Assembly: GCA_963741515.1 (NCBI GenBank)
Contig: CAVUIA010000009.1
Coordinates: forward strand, 32,287-96,286
From: an uncultured bacterium
GTDB lineage: Bacteria; Desulfobacterota; Deferrimicrobia; Deferrimicrobiales; Deferrimicrobiaceae
Reading direction: 5' to 3'
DNA: 64,000 bases
The position numbers and the translations under genes are program-made. The stretch's first letter is position 1. Every line of letters starts with the position of its first letter. Below the pieces are notes generated by a model. The model did not search any database and was not told where the DNA came from. It saw only the letters and a list, made by a program, of their open reading frames with translations. Positions 9,804 through 18,556 of this stretch are shown here, piece by piece.

Positions 9804-11936
9804 CTATGCAACGGAATAAAACATCCAATGAATTGAATATGAGTCAGCTTTCCCGGCGGGCAGCGAAACGGGGAACAGGATCCTGATACATATGCCCTGA
9901 TGGATCTTCTCCGCACCCGCCTCGGAAAGAGACGCGGTTTCAACCGGGTGCCGGAGCACCGCGCAATCCCGGTCGAGAACGGCGCGGGCGGCCACGTTCC
10001 GCCAGCCGTCGACGACGCGGAAATCGCGCACCCCGTAAGACGCCCCCGTGGATGACAGGCCCCTCGGGTCGCCCAGCCCGTCGTAGTACCGTTCCACTCC
10101 CTCGCCCGAAAGCATGTTCAGGTTCCATTCGGAGCAGAGCGTCCCCGACACGGGTTCCCCGCCCCGGTTGCTCAGCCGGAAGGCCGCCATGAACCCTTCC
10201 TCCCACCCTCGAAGGACGAGGACCTTCTCCAGCAGGAGGTCGATCCCCTCCGCGGCCAGCGGGATCTCGAACTTCGCGAGAAGCCGCGTCCCCCGGCGGG
10301 AGCATTCGACCAGGGCTTCCTTCCCGGCCGTCACGCAGCGCGGCGGCGCCCCCGAGAGGATCGCTTCCGGGGAGTCCCCTTCCCCGTGGAACGCCTCGCG
10401 GAAGGAAGCGCGCTGCCACGGGTCCGCTCCCAGCGCCTCGAGGACCGACGGGTCCTTCAGCACCAGCACGTCGTGGATGCTCGCGGAGCCGTCGAACGAC
10501 CCTCCCGCGCGGCGGAACTTCTCGTGATACCCTTCCGCCCGGCGCGTCAGCACGTGGCCCAGCGCCACCCCCCTCGACGGCAGGGAGATCTCCGTCACCG
10601 CCCCGCCGTCGTGGGCGTGGGAGAAGAGGGTCATCCCCGCGGTCTTCAGCAGCAGCTCCGTCCCGCCGTCGCAGTCGAGGTCCGATTCCGTGACCTCGGC
10701 CCATCCCGCCTTCGCCCCGTGCAGGACCGCGTCCGCCAGGCTTTCCGCCCGGATCAGGTTCGACCAGGCCGCCTCGCGCAGGTGGTTCAGGTAGAGCCCC
10801 CCGAAGACGCCGTGCCAGTAAACGTCGTTGGCCTGGGCCCGGTACAGGAAATCCCTCGCCGCGCTCGCCCGCGAAGGGCTCACGCGCTCCGACGCCTCGA
10901 CCCGTTCGCTCACGTGGAGCATCCGCTTGTGCAGCTGGTTCGACTCGGCGTACTTCCGCAGGAAGTTCCGGTAAAACCCGCCCTGGACGAACGGCTTGAT
11001 CTCCGTGTTCCGGCCCGCGCGGAAATCGTGAAGCAGGTCGGCGAACCGGGCGGCCCGGTCCGGCGGCAGCGACCATTCGCCCATCTCGATGTAGGAGCAG
11101 GCGGGAAGGTAGACCGTCCCGCGGGGAGGCGCGGCGGCGGCGTATTCCCCGAAGGTCATCGTCGTGAACCGGTCCGCGCGGGAGACGATCCCCTCGAAGA
11201 AGCGGCGCAGCCACCCGGACTCGTACACATGTTTCCTCGTGCCGGGCCATACCCCGAACTTCTCCCCGTCGTCGGCGAAGATCGCGGCGGGGAACGGCAC
11301 GTCCCGGGACGTCATCCGCTCGATCTCCCACAACGTCTCGTCCACGCTCCCGAACGGGATGAGGTACCGCAGCCGCTCGCTCCCCGGGAAGACCCGCACG
11401 GCCGCGCCGTTGTGCTCGGTGATGTAGATCCCGTCGAGCTCTTCCGTGGACAGCCCCGCCCGTATGAAGTGGTAATCGTCGAGAGGGAGGTACCTCACGC
11501 CCGCCGCGGACAGGGTCGCGGGCAGTTCCGGCTCCCACACCCGCTCCGCCAGCCAGATCCCCTCGGGGGCCCTTCCGAACCGCCGCTCCAGGAGCCCGGA
11601 CAGCTCCCTGACCTGCCCAAGCCGGTCCCGTTCGGGTAGCAGCGCCAGCACCGGCTCGTACATCCCCCCGCCCAGGAGCTCCACCTGGCCGCGGGAAACG
11701 AGCTCCTTGAGGAGCGAGAAGGTCGCCGGCGCGTGCTCCTCGATCCACTGGAACAGCCACCCGGAGAAATGGATCGTCACCTTGATCGAAGGGAACTCCG
11801 ACAGCAGCTCCAGGAATGGAAGGTACGCGTCGCGCGTCGCGGTTTCCAGGACGGACTCGAAGTTCCCGACCGGCTGGTGGTTGTGGAAGCAGAGGAGAAG
11901 GGCGCGGCGGTTCGCGGACGACAGGGGGCCGTTCAT
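9804..11936 (-). CDS. GH57 alpha-amylase/4-alpha-glucanotransferase
   Basis: HNHQPVGNF, GIWLAERVWEP, DDGEKFG, QANDVYWHGVFGGLY. Confidence 0.9.
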   Translation of the reverse strand: MNGPLSSANRRALLLCFHNHQPVGNFESVLETATRDAYLPFLELLSEFPSIKVTIHFSGWLFQWIEEHAPATFSLLKELVSRGQVELLGGGMYEPVLALLPERDRLGQVRELSGLLERRFGRAPEGIWLAERVWEPELPATLSAAGVRYLPLDDYHFIRAGLSTEELDGIYITEHNGAAVRVFPGSERLRYLIPFGSVDETLWEIERMTSRDVPFPAAIFADDGEKFGVWPGTRKHVYESGWLRRFFEGIVSRADRFTTMTFGEYAAAAPPRGTVYLPACSYIEMGEWSLPPDRAARFADLLHDFRAGRNTEIKPFVQGGFYRNFLRKYAESNQLHKRMLHVSERVEASERVSPSRASAARDFLYRAQANDVYWHGVFGGLYLNHLREAAWSNLIRAESLADAVLHGAKAGWAEVTESDLDCDGGTELLLKTAGMTLFSHAHDGGAVTEISLPSRGVALGHVLTRRAEGYHEKFRRAGGSFDGSASIHDVLVLKDPSVLEALGADPWQRASFREAFHGEGDSPEAILSGAPPRCVTAGKEALVECSRRGTRLLAKFEIPLAAEGIDLLLEKVLVLRGWEEGFMAAFRLSNRGGEPVSGTLCSEWNLNMLSGEGVERYYDGLGDPRGLSSTGASYGVRDFRVVDGWRNVAARAVLDRDCAVLRHPVETASLSEAGAEKIHQGICIRILFPVSLPAGKADSYSIHWMFYSVA

Positions 11937-12346
11937 GGTTCGCCGTCCCCTTCCTGCGCGAATTCGGTCAGCACGCCGAAGGTGGACCCGGGGTCGAGGA
12001 ACCCGATCCGCATCCCGTGGATCCCGGCGCGGGGCGTTTCGTCGACGAGGCGGACCCCTTTCCCGGCGACGCGCGAAAGCGCCTCGGCCGCGTCGTCCAC
12101 CTGGAAGCAGACGTGGTGCAGCCCTTCCCCGTTCTTCTCCAGGAATTTCCCCACCGGAGTGTCGGGGGCGGTCGGCTCGATCAGCTCGATGCGGCTTTCC
12201 CCGACCCGGAAGACGGCGGCGCGGATCTTCCGTTCCGCCATCTCCACGGTCGACTCGTGCTCGAGCCCCAGGACGTCCCGGAAAAAGGGGACGGCCTCCT
12301 GAAGGCTGTTCACCGCAATGCCGATATGCTGGATCTTCCGGATCAT
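11933..12346 (-). CDS. mce: Methylmalonyl-CoA epimerase
   Basis: HIGIAV, IELIEP, GEGLHHVCF, GVLTE. Confidence 0.9.
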   Translation of the reverse strand: MIRKIQHIGIAVNSLQEAVPFFRDVLGLEHESTVEMAERKIRAAVFRVGESRIELIEPTAPDTPVGKFLEKNGEGLHHVCFQVDDAAEALSRVAGKGVRLVDETPRAGIHGMRIGFLDPGSTFGVLTEFAQEGDGEP

Positions 12347-12366
12347 CCCTCAAGACCCTCCGGACG

Positions 12367-13371
12367 CTACAGCTTGACGAGGAAAGGGAACAGGATTCGG
12401 TACGCGAAATACCCGGCGGCCGCGGAGGCGGGGATCGTCAGGATCCATGCCCACACGATCCGGATCCCCACGAGCCAGTTCACTTTCCTGCGGCCCTGGG
12501 ACAGCCCCACGCCGAGGATCGCGGACGTGATGACGTGGGTGGTGCTGATGGGGATCCCCATGACGGTCGCCGTCAGGATGACGACCGCGGAGGAGGTCTC
12601 CGCGCAGAAACCGTGGACCGGCTGCAGTTCCACGAAATCCTTCCCCACCGTCTTGATGATGCGCCACCCCCCCATCGCCGTGCCCGCGGCCATCGCCCCC
12701 GCGCAGGCCAGCATGACCCACATCGGGACGTGGAAGGTAGGGAGGGAGCCGTAGGTGAACAGCGCCAGGGAGACGATTCCCATCGATTTCTGGGCGTCGT
12801 TGGAGCCGTGCGAGAACGCCATGAACGCGGCGGACAAGACCTGGAGGTGCCGGAAGCCCCGGTTCAGCCGCGAAGGGTGATAGCGGCGGAAGGTCCAGTA
12901 GATAACGATCATGAGGAAGAAGGCGGCGATCGTCCCGGTCACCGGGGAAACGACGATGGCGATCAGGATCTTCGAGATCCCCGCCCACCGGAGCGGATCG
13001 ACCCCGCGCGCCGCCACCACCGCGCCGATGAGCCCCCCGATGATCGCGTGGGACGAGGATGCGGGGATGCCGTAATGCCAGGTGAGGAGGTCCCAGAAGA
13101 TCGCCCCCAGCAGCGCCGCCAGGACGATGATCTGGGACACGTAGGCCGGGTCGACGATCTCCTTGCCGATGGTCGTGGCGACGTGCGTCGAAATGAGGGC
13201 CCCGACGAAGTTCAGGACCGCCGCCATCCCGATGGCGGCCCGGATGGAGAGGGCGCGGGTGGAGATGCAGGTGGCGATGGCGTTCGCCGTGTCGTGGAAC
13301 CCGTTGATGAAGTCGAAGCCCAGGGCGGCCAGGATCACCAGCCCCAGCAGGATTTCCGGCGTATCAGGCAT
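12367..13371 (-). CDS. pit: Pit family inorganic phosphate transporter
   Basis: INGFHDTANAIAT, PASSSHA, HGSNDAQKSMG, PISTTH. Confidence 0.93.
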   Translation of the reverse strand: MPDTPEILLGLVILAALGFDFINGFHDTANAIATCISTRALSIRAAIGMAAVLNFVGALISTHVATTIGKEIVDPAYVSQIIVLAALLGAIFWDLLTWHYGIPASSSHAIIGGLIGAVVAARGVDPLRWAGISKILIAIVVSPVTGTIAAFFLMIVIYWTFRRYHPSRLNRGFRHLQVLSAAFMAFSHGSNDAQKSMGIVSLALFTYGSLPTFHVPMWVMLACAGAMAAGTAMGGWRIIKTVGKDFVELQPVHGFCAETSSAVVILTATVMGIPISTTHVITSAILGVGLSQGRRKVNWLVGIRIVWAWILTIPASAAAGYFAYRILFPFLVKL

Positions 13372-13987
13372 TCTTCAACGCCACGCTTTCCATCACGTTC
13401 GCGGCGTCTTCGCACCGGTCGGTCGCCAGCTCCAGCGTCTCGTAGATCTCCTTCCACTTGATGATGGCGATGGGGTCGGACTGGTTCTCGAACAGCTGGG
13501 CGATGGCGTCGCGGCAGACCCGGTCCGCCTCGTTCTCGAGGGAGTTCACCTCGACGCAGTGCTCGTACACGCGGTCCCTGCCCTTCGACAGCGGAAGGTG
13601 GCTGATCCCCTTCTGGAGCTCCTGCACGGCCTTGAGGATCAGGAACCCCAGCTCCTTGGCGTGGGGGGTCGACGCGGAGATCTTGTAGAGCAGGAGCCGC
13701 GTCGCGACGCCGTGGATCAGGTCGATCACGTCGTCGAGGGAGGACGCGAGGGCCAGGATGTCTTCCCGGTCGATCGGCGTGATGAAGGTGGTGTTGAGCT
13801 TCCGGACGATGTCGTGGGTGATGGCGTCGCCCTTGTGCTCCACCTCCTCGATCTTCCGGGCGCGCTCCGGGAGGTCGTCGAACTTGTCGAGGAGCTCCTT
13901 GAGCCGCTCCGCGCCCTCGACGATGTTGTCCCCCGCCTTCGAGAAGAGCGAAAAGAACTCCTCGTCTCTCGGTATGATCCGAAACAT
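13364..13987 (-). CDS. DUF47/PhoU-like Pit-associated regulator
   Basis: EHKGD..LNTTFITPIDREDI, ENEAD, IYETLE.ATDRCED; directly upstream of pit. Confidence 0.9.
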   Translation of the reverse strand: MFRIIPRDEEFFSLFSKAGDNIVEGAERLKELLDKFDDLPERARKIEEVEHKGDAITHDIVRKLNTTFITPIDREDILALASSLDDVIDLIHGVATRLLLYKISASTPHAKELGFLILKAVQELQKGISHLPLSKGRDRVYEHCVEVNSLENEADRVCRDAIAQLFENQSDPIAIIKWKEIYETLELATDRCEDAANVMESVALKNA

Positions 13988-15004
13988 CACCCCTCCCCCG
14001 CTATGCGTGCCAGCGCGTTTTCCGCGCCGGCAACCAGCTCTTCGAGAATCTCCCTTACGGGCTGAACCTTTTTGACGAAGGCCACGCTCTGGCCGGCCAT
14101 CAGCGACCCGTGCTCCACGTCCCCGTCGACCACCGCGCGCCGCAGCGCCCCGATCCAGAACTCCTCGAGCTTCACCATCGCCTCTTCGCGCGGAGATCGT
14201 CCCCGCCTTCAAATCGCTCAGCAGCGACAGCTGCAGGCGGTTGAAGTCCCGGGTCCCCTCGTTGACGATCGCCCGGACGGGGATCGTGGGGAGGGAAGGG
14301 TCGAACTGGGAAGTGGGCATGGCGTCCCGCGCGGCCGCCTTGACGAACGCTTCCTTGAACCGGGGGTGGGCCACGCACTCTTCGGCGGCGACGAACCGCG
14401 TCCCCAGCTGGACCCCCGAAGCCCCGAGGGACAGATAGTGCGCGATCATCTCCCCGGTCCCGATCCCGCCGGCGACGAAGACGGGAATCTCCGTGACGTT
14501 CAGCAGGAATTCCTGCGCGAGGACCGAGGTGGCCACCGGCCCGATGTGCCCGCCCGCCTCGTTCCCCTCGATCACCAGGGCGTCGATCCCCTGCTTGATC
14601 AGCCGCCTGGCAAGCGACAGGATCGGGGCGAAGCAGATCACCTTGAGCCCGGCGGCCTTCACCTCGGAGATGTCTTTCCCCGACGGGATGGTCCCCGCGA
14701 AGAAGACGAACGGGCATTTCTCACGGATCACCACCTCGATGTGGTCCTTGAACGCCGGGGCGACCGTGATGAGGTTGACGCCGAACGGTTTATCCGTCCT
14801 GGCCCGGGTATCCGCGATCTCCTTCGCGAGGAGTTCCGGCGGCATATTCCCGCCCGCGAGGACGCCGAACCCCCCCTCATTGGATATGGCGGACACGAGG
14901 GTGGACTCGGAAACCCAGGTCATCGCCCCGCACATGATCGCGTGTCGGGTCCCGAGGAAGTCGGTACCGCGCTTCCATGCCTTCGGCAGGCGCTTCAAAT
15001 CCAT
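13987..15004 (-). CDS. Nitronate monooxygenase/FabK-like flavoprotein, frameshifted near 14190
   Basis: KPFGVNL, EGNEAGGHIG, AGGIG, GVQLGTRF; GSLMAGQS in the second frame. Confidence 0.85.
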
Positions 15005-15126
15005 CGACACGCTCCGCGCGGGCTGTCTGGGGAACACTTTTTTATACCATACGACCGCCGGAAATTCCCCTCATTCCCCTTGGCGGCCGTTCGCGCGTTC
15101 TTCTGCTATCATTGGAAGTAACCGCC

Positions 15127-16096
15127 ATGGTCCGACAAAGCGAAATGTACGACATCACGGTCGTCGGCGCCGGCCCCGTTGGGCTTTATGCCACGTATTA
15201 CGCGGGGTTGCGGGAGTGCCGGACGAAGCTGATCGAGACCTACCCCCAGGTCGGCGGGCGGCTGATCTCGATGTACCCGGAAAAGGAGATCTTCGACGTC
15301 GCGGGGCACCGCAAGATCGTCGCCGCCGAACTCGTGCGCACGCTCTCCGCCCAGGCCATGCAGTACGATCCGACGGTCGTCCTCAACGAGCGGGTCGTGG
15401 ACTTGCGGATCCTCGGCGAGCGCGTTATCGAGCTCGACGACGCCCGAGGGGAGCCACTACACCCAGACCGTCATCATCGCCGCGGGCTGCGGGGCCTTCG
15501 TCCCGAGGAAGCTGGACGTCCCCGGCCTGATCGACTTCGAGGGGCACGGGATCTTCTATTTCCTCGGCTCCTTCGAGCCGCTGCGGGGGAAGAAGGTCCT
15601 GATCGTGGGCGGAGGGAACAGCGCGGTGGATTGGGCGCTGTCGCTCGACGGGATCGCGTCCGAGGTCACCCTCTGCCACCGGACGTACCGGTGGCAGGCC
15701 CACGAGGCGATGGTGCACCGCCTCCTCTCCTCGAACGTCCGCGTGAAATTCCCGTACTTCACCCTGAAGGATGTCCTGGGCGAGGACCGCGTTTCCGGCG
15801 CGGTCATCTGGAACGAGCGCAGCGGCCTCGAGGAGCGGATCGAGGTGGACGCGATCGTCCTCTCCATCGGGATGCTGACGAACATGGAGCCGTTCCGGCA
15901 GTGGGGGCTCAACATCGTCGGCAGCGGGATCGCCGTGGCCCCCGACATGTCCACCAACCTCCCCGGCGTGTACGCGGCGGGCGACATCGTGACGTACCCC
16001 GGCAAGGTCCTCCTCATCACCGCCGGCTCCGGCGAGGCGGCCACCGCGGTGAACGCGGCGAAGGAATACATCCTCTCGGGCGACCTCGGGCGGTAA
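15127..16096 (+). CDS. TrxB-fold ferredoxin-NADP+ reductase (YumC-like), frameshifted near 15450
   Basis: GAGPVGL, YPEKEIFDVAG, GGGNSAVDWA, GVYAAGDIVTYPGK. Confidence 0.85.
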
Positions 16097-16367
16097 CGGC
16101 GCAAGGGGCGCCCACCCCCTTCGAGAACCGCCCCTGATTCCGACCAATAGAGAGGTCTCCTGTTACGCGGCAGGGGTCCCTCGGAGCTACGGCTCCTCGA
16201 CCCTCCCTGGTCTCGTCGCCTGCGGCTGTTTCTCCCTCCGCCCTCCATGGCTCCCGGTTCGAAACAGACGCCGCTCCTCACGACCCCCCCCGCTTCACGG
16301 GAGACCTCTTCCATGTAAGCGTAGGAGCGGTTCTCTTCAGAACGAGCGCCCATTGCGCGCCGTTACC
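16092..16367 (-). repeat. Structured branched-hairpin element, copy C
   Basis: Inverted repeats ggtaacggcgc/gcgccgttacc, gagaaccgc/gcggttctc, agaggtctcc/ggagacctct; minus strand carries gccatggagggc and gaccagggagggtc arms joined by ccgca. Confidence 0.7.
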
Positions 16368-16400
16368 TGCCGGACGACCCTTGCGTCGACCCCCCAACCC

Positions 16401-16468
16401 CACAAGTCACCTCCACAGGCCACAGAGTCACAAGCCACCGCGACACAGGCCAACAGGACACAAGCCAC
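16401..16468. repeat. Short degenerate direct repeats CACAAG(C/T)CAC and CACAGGCCA
   Basis: cacaagtcac 16401, cacaagccac 16429 and 16459, each of the first two followed by cacaggcca. Confidence 0.7.
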
Positions 16469-16532
16469 GGGGAGAACTTCTCAACGAAAGGTACGTACGG
16501 AAAAGCTATCGATGTCAGGGTAGGCGGGTTCG

Positions 16533-16709
16533 GGGGACAGACTTCGATTTATCGATAAAGGGCGGAGGGGAAGTCTGTCCACCGCCCAGCACGGACACGA
16601 AAGCTAACGATATCGATAAAGGGCAGAGGGGAAGTCTGTCCCCCGCCCAGCACGGACACGACAGCTAACGATATCGATAACGGGAGGAAGGGGAAGAATG
16701 TCCCCCGCC
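16533..16709. repeat. 61-bp tandem repeat (about 2.6 copies) preceded by an inverted half-site
   Basis: atcgataa(a)ggg..ggggaagtctgtcc.ccgcccagcacggacacga.agctaacgat at 16551, 16612, 16673; ggggacagacttc is the inverted complement of gaagtctgtcccc. Confidence 0.85.
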
Positions 16710-16729
16710 AGGGAAGGTACGTCTGTCGA

Positions 16730-16933
16730 CGCCGTCGGCATCCCCAGCCGCAAGGGTCGCACCGAGCACGAATGCCTTCCCGCAGGGGGCGTGTTTTCCG
16801 AACGGAGCCAGGAGGGCGGGAGTGAGGAAAACCCGAAGCCGCAGCGAGCCAAGGAGGGCGAGCAAGGCGTCCCCGAGGGAAGGCATTCGTGCGAGGTCAG
16901 CGACCCTTGCGGTCAGCCGGGATGCCGGCGGCG
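16730..16933 (+). repeat. Structured branched-hairpin element, copy B
   Basis: cgccgtcggcatccc/gggatgccggcggcg, ccgcaagggtcgc/gcgacccttgcgg, gcacgaatgccttccc/gggaaggcattcgtgc, gttttcc/ggaaaac; GGA arms. Confidence 0.75.
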
Positions 16934-17641
16934 CCACGCCTCCCGCAGCGCCTGCGCCCGGTTGGAGAAGACGCCGACGGCGCCCGACTCGATCAGCCGG
17001 AAGGCGTCCGCGGGGTCGTCGACGGTGTAGGGCAGGAGCGGGAGCCCGGAAGCGAGGACATCCCGCAGCCGCACGGGCGTGAGCTGCCGGTGGTCGGGAT
17101 GGATCGACGAGAGGCCGTGCCGAATGCAGAACGCCAGGTCCGACGCCGACGGGCGGCGCGTCACCAGCCCGCACGGCACCGCGGGGAGAAGAGACCGGGC
17201 GGCAAGACACTCCTCCCTCAAGCCGGACGACAGCACCAGGGTCCCACCGTAGCCCGTTTCCGCGATCGTCCTCGCCGTCGCGGCGATGCCGCCGGGCGCC
17301 TTCGACTCGATGTTGAGCGGGACCGCGCCCCGAAGAAGGTCCAGGACCTCCGCGAGGGAGGGGATCGGCTCCCCGTTCTTCAGGCGGACCCGGCCCAGGC
17401 GCGCCCAGCGGGTGCGCGCCACGACGACGTTTTCCTTCGCCGTCCTCCCCGTGGCCTCGTCGTGGAAGACCGCCGGAACGCCGTCCGACGACAGCCGGAC
17501 ATCGAACTCGATCATGTCGGCCGCGTCGGCCGCCGCCAGGGCGAAGGCGGACGGGGAATTCTCGAGCGCCCGGTCCGACGCCCCGCGGTGGGCGACGAAG
17601 ACCGGGCGCCCCGCCGCCTCGATGGGCAAGGTGGAACGCAT
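16913..17641 (-). CDS. Glycerophosphodiester phosphodiesterase (GDPD)
   Basis: AHRGAS, ENS..AF, IEFDV, FHD, NIESK, YTVDD. Confidence 0.92.
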   Translation of the reverse strand: MRSTLPIEAAGRPVFVAHRGASDRALENSPSAFALAAADAADMIEFDVRLSSDGVPAVFHDEATGRTAKENVVVARTRWARLGRVRLKNGEPIPSLAEVLDLLRGAVPLNIESKAPGGIAATARTIAETGYGGTLVLSSGLREECLAARSLLPAVPCGLVTRRPSASDLAFCIRHGLSSIHPDHRQLTPVRLRDVLASGLPLLPYTVDDPADAFRLIESGAVGVFSNRAQALREAWRRRHPG

Positions 17642-17669
17642 GACGTAAAGTATCCTATAATCCTCCGTA

Positions 17670-18548
17670 ATGATCGATGTCATCTACAACCCGGTCGCGG
17701 GCCCCACGGCGGCGGGGCGGATCGAAAGGGTCCGCGCGTGCCTTGCGGCGAAGGCCGTCGATTTCCGGATCCTCCGGACGAAGGGGATCGGCGACGCCGA
17801 CATGATGGCCCGGGAAGCAGCGGCGAACGGGGCGACGGCGGTCGTGGTCGTCGGCGGCGACGGGACGATCCACGAGGCCGCCAACGGGCTGGCCGGCACG
17901 GGGACACCGCTTTTGATCGTCCCCGGAGGGACGGGGAACGTGTTCGCCAGGGAGCTCGACCTCCCCGACTCGGTGGAAGGGTGCCTCCACCTGTTGGACG
18001 AGGGGAAGACGATCTCCGTCCCCCTGGGGATGGCGAACGACCGGTATTTCGTCCTGCTGGGGTCCGCGGGCTTCGATGCCGAGGTCGTGGAACGGATGAA
18101 CCACCGGCAGAAGAACTACCTGGGGATCGCCGCCTACGTCCTTGTCGGCATCCGCCACTTCTTCCGGCCGCAGCCGCCGCTGTGGCTCGATCTTCCCGGA
18201 CGGGAACGGGTGGAGGCGCAGTCCGTGATCGTCGTCCGCGGAAAGAAGTACGGCGGAAACGTGACCATCGCACCCGCCGGGAACATCGAGGGGAACACCT
18301 TCCAGGCGGTCATCCTCACCCGCATGGGGAAATGGTCCATCGCCAAGTTCGTCTTCGACCTCCTGCTGGGAAGGCACACCCGCTCCCGCCATGTCACGAT
18401 CCGTGAAACCACGTCCGTCATGGTGCGCTCCAGCATCCCGTCCGCCGCGCAGGTGGACGGGGAATACCTCGGCCCCCTTCCCGTCCGGTTCACGATGAGC
18501 GACGTCTCCCTGCGGATCTTCGTGCCGAAGGAATTCCCATCGGTATAA
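17670..18548 (+). CDS. Diacylglycerol/lipid kinase family (YegS/DgkB-like)
   Basis: YNPVAG, VGGDGT, PGGTGNVFA, GFDA, QVDGE. Confidence 0.92.
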   Translation: MIDVIYNPVAGPTAAGRIERVRACLAAKAVDFRILRTKGIGDADMMAREAAANGATAVVVVGGDGTIHEAANGLAGTGTPLLIVPGGTGNVFARELDLPDSVEGCLHLLDEGKTISVPLGMANDRYFVLLGSAGFDAEVVERMNHRQKNYLGIAAYVLVGIRHFFRPQPPLWLDLPGRERVEAQSVIVVRGKKYGGNVTIAPAGNIEGNTFQAVILTRMGKWSIAKFVFDLLLGRHTRSRHVTIRETTSVMVRSSIPSAAQVDGEYLGPLPVRFTMSDVSLRIFVPKEFPSV

Positions 18549-18556
18549 GGGGAAGG

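Noticed and set aside
13364-15037. Apparent nitronate monooxygenase-DUF47 fusion (557 aa)
   Set aside because: Created by an indel near 14190; the real C-terminus lies in ORF 13987-14178 and DUF47 has its own RBS and ATG
16551-16709. Possible mini CRISPR array
   Set aside because: Units are near-identical along their whole 61 bp with no unique spacers, and no cas genes are present
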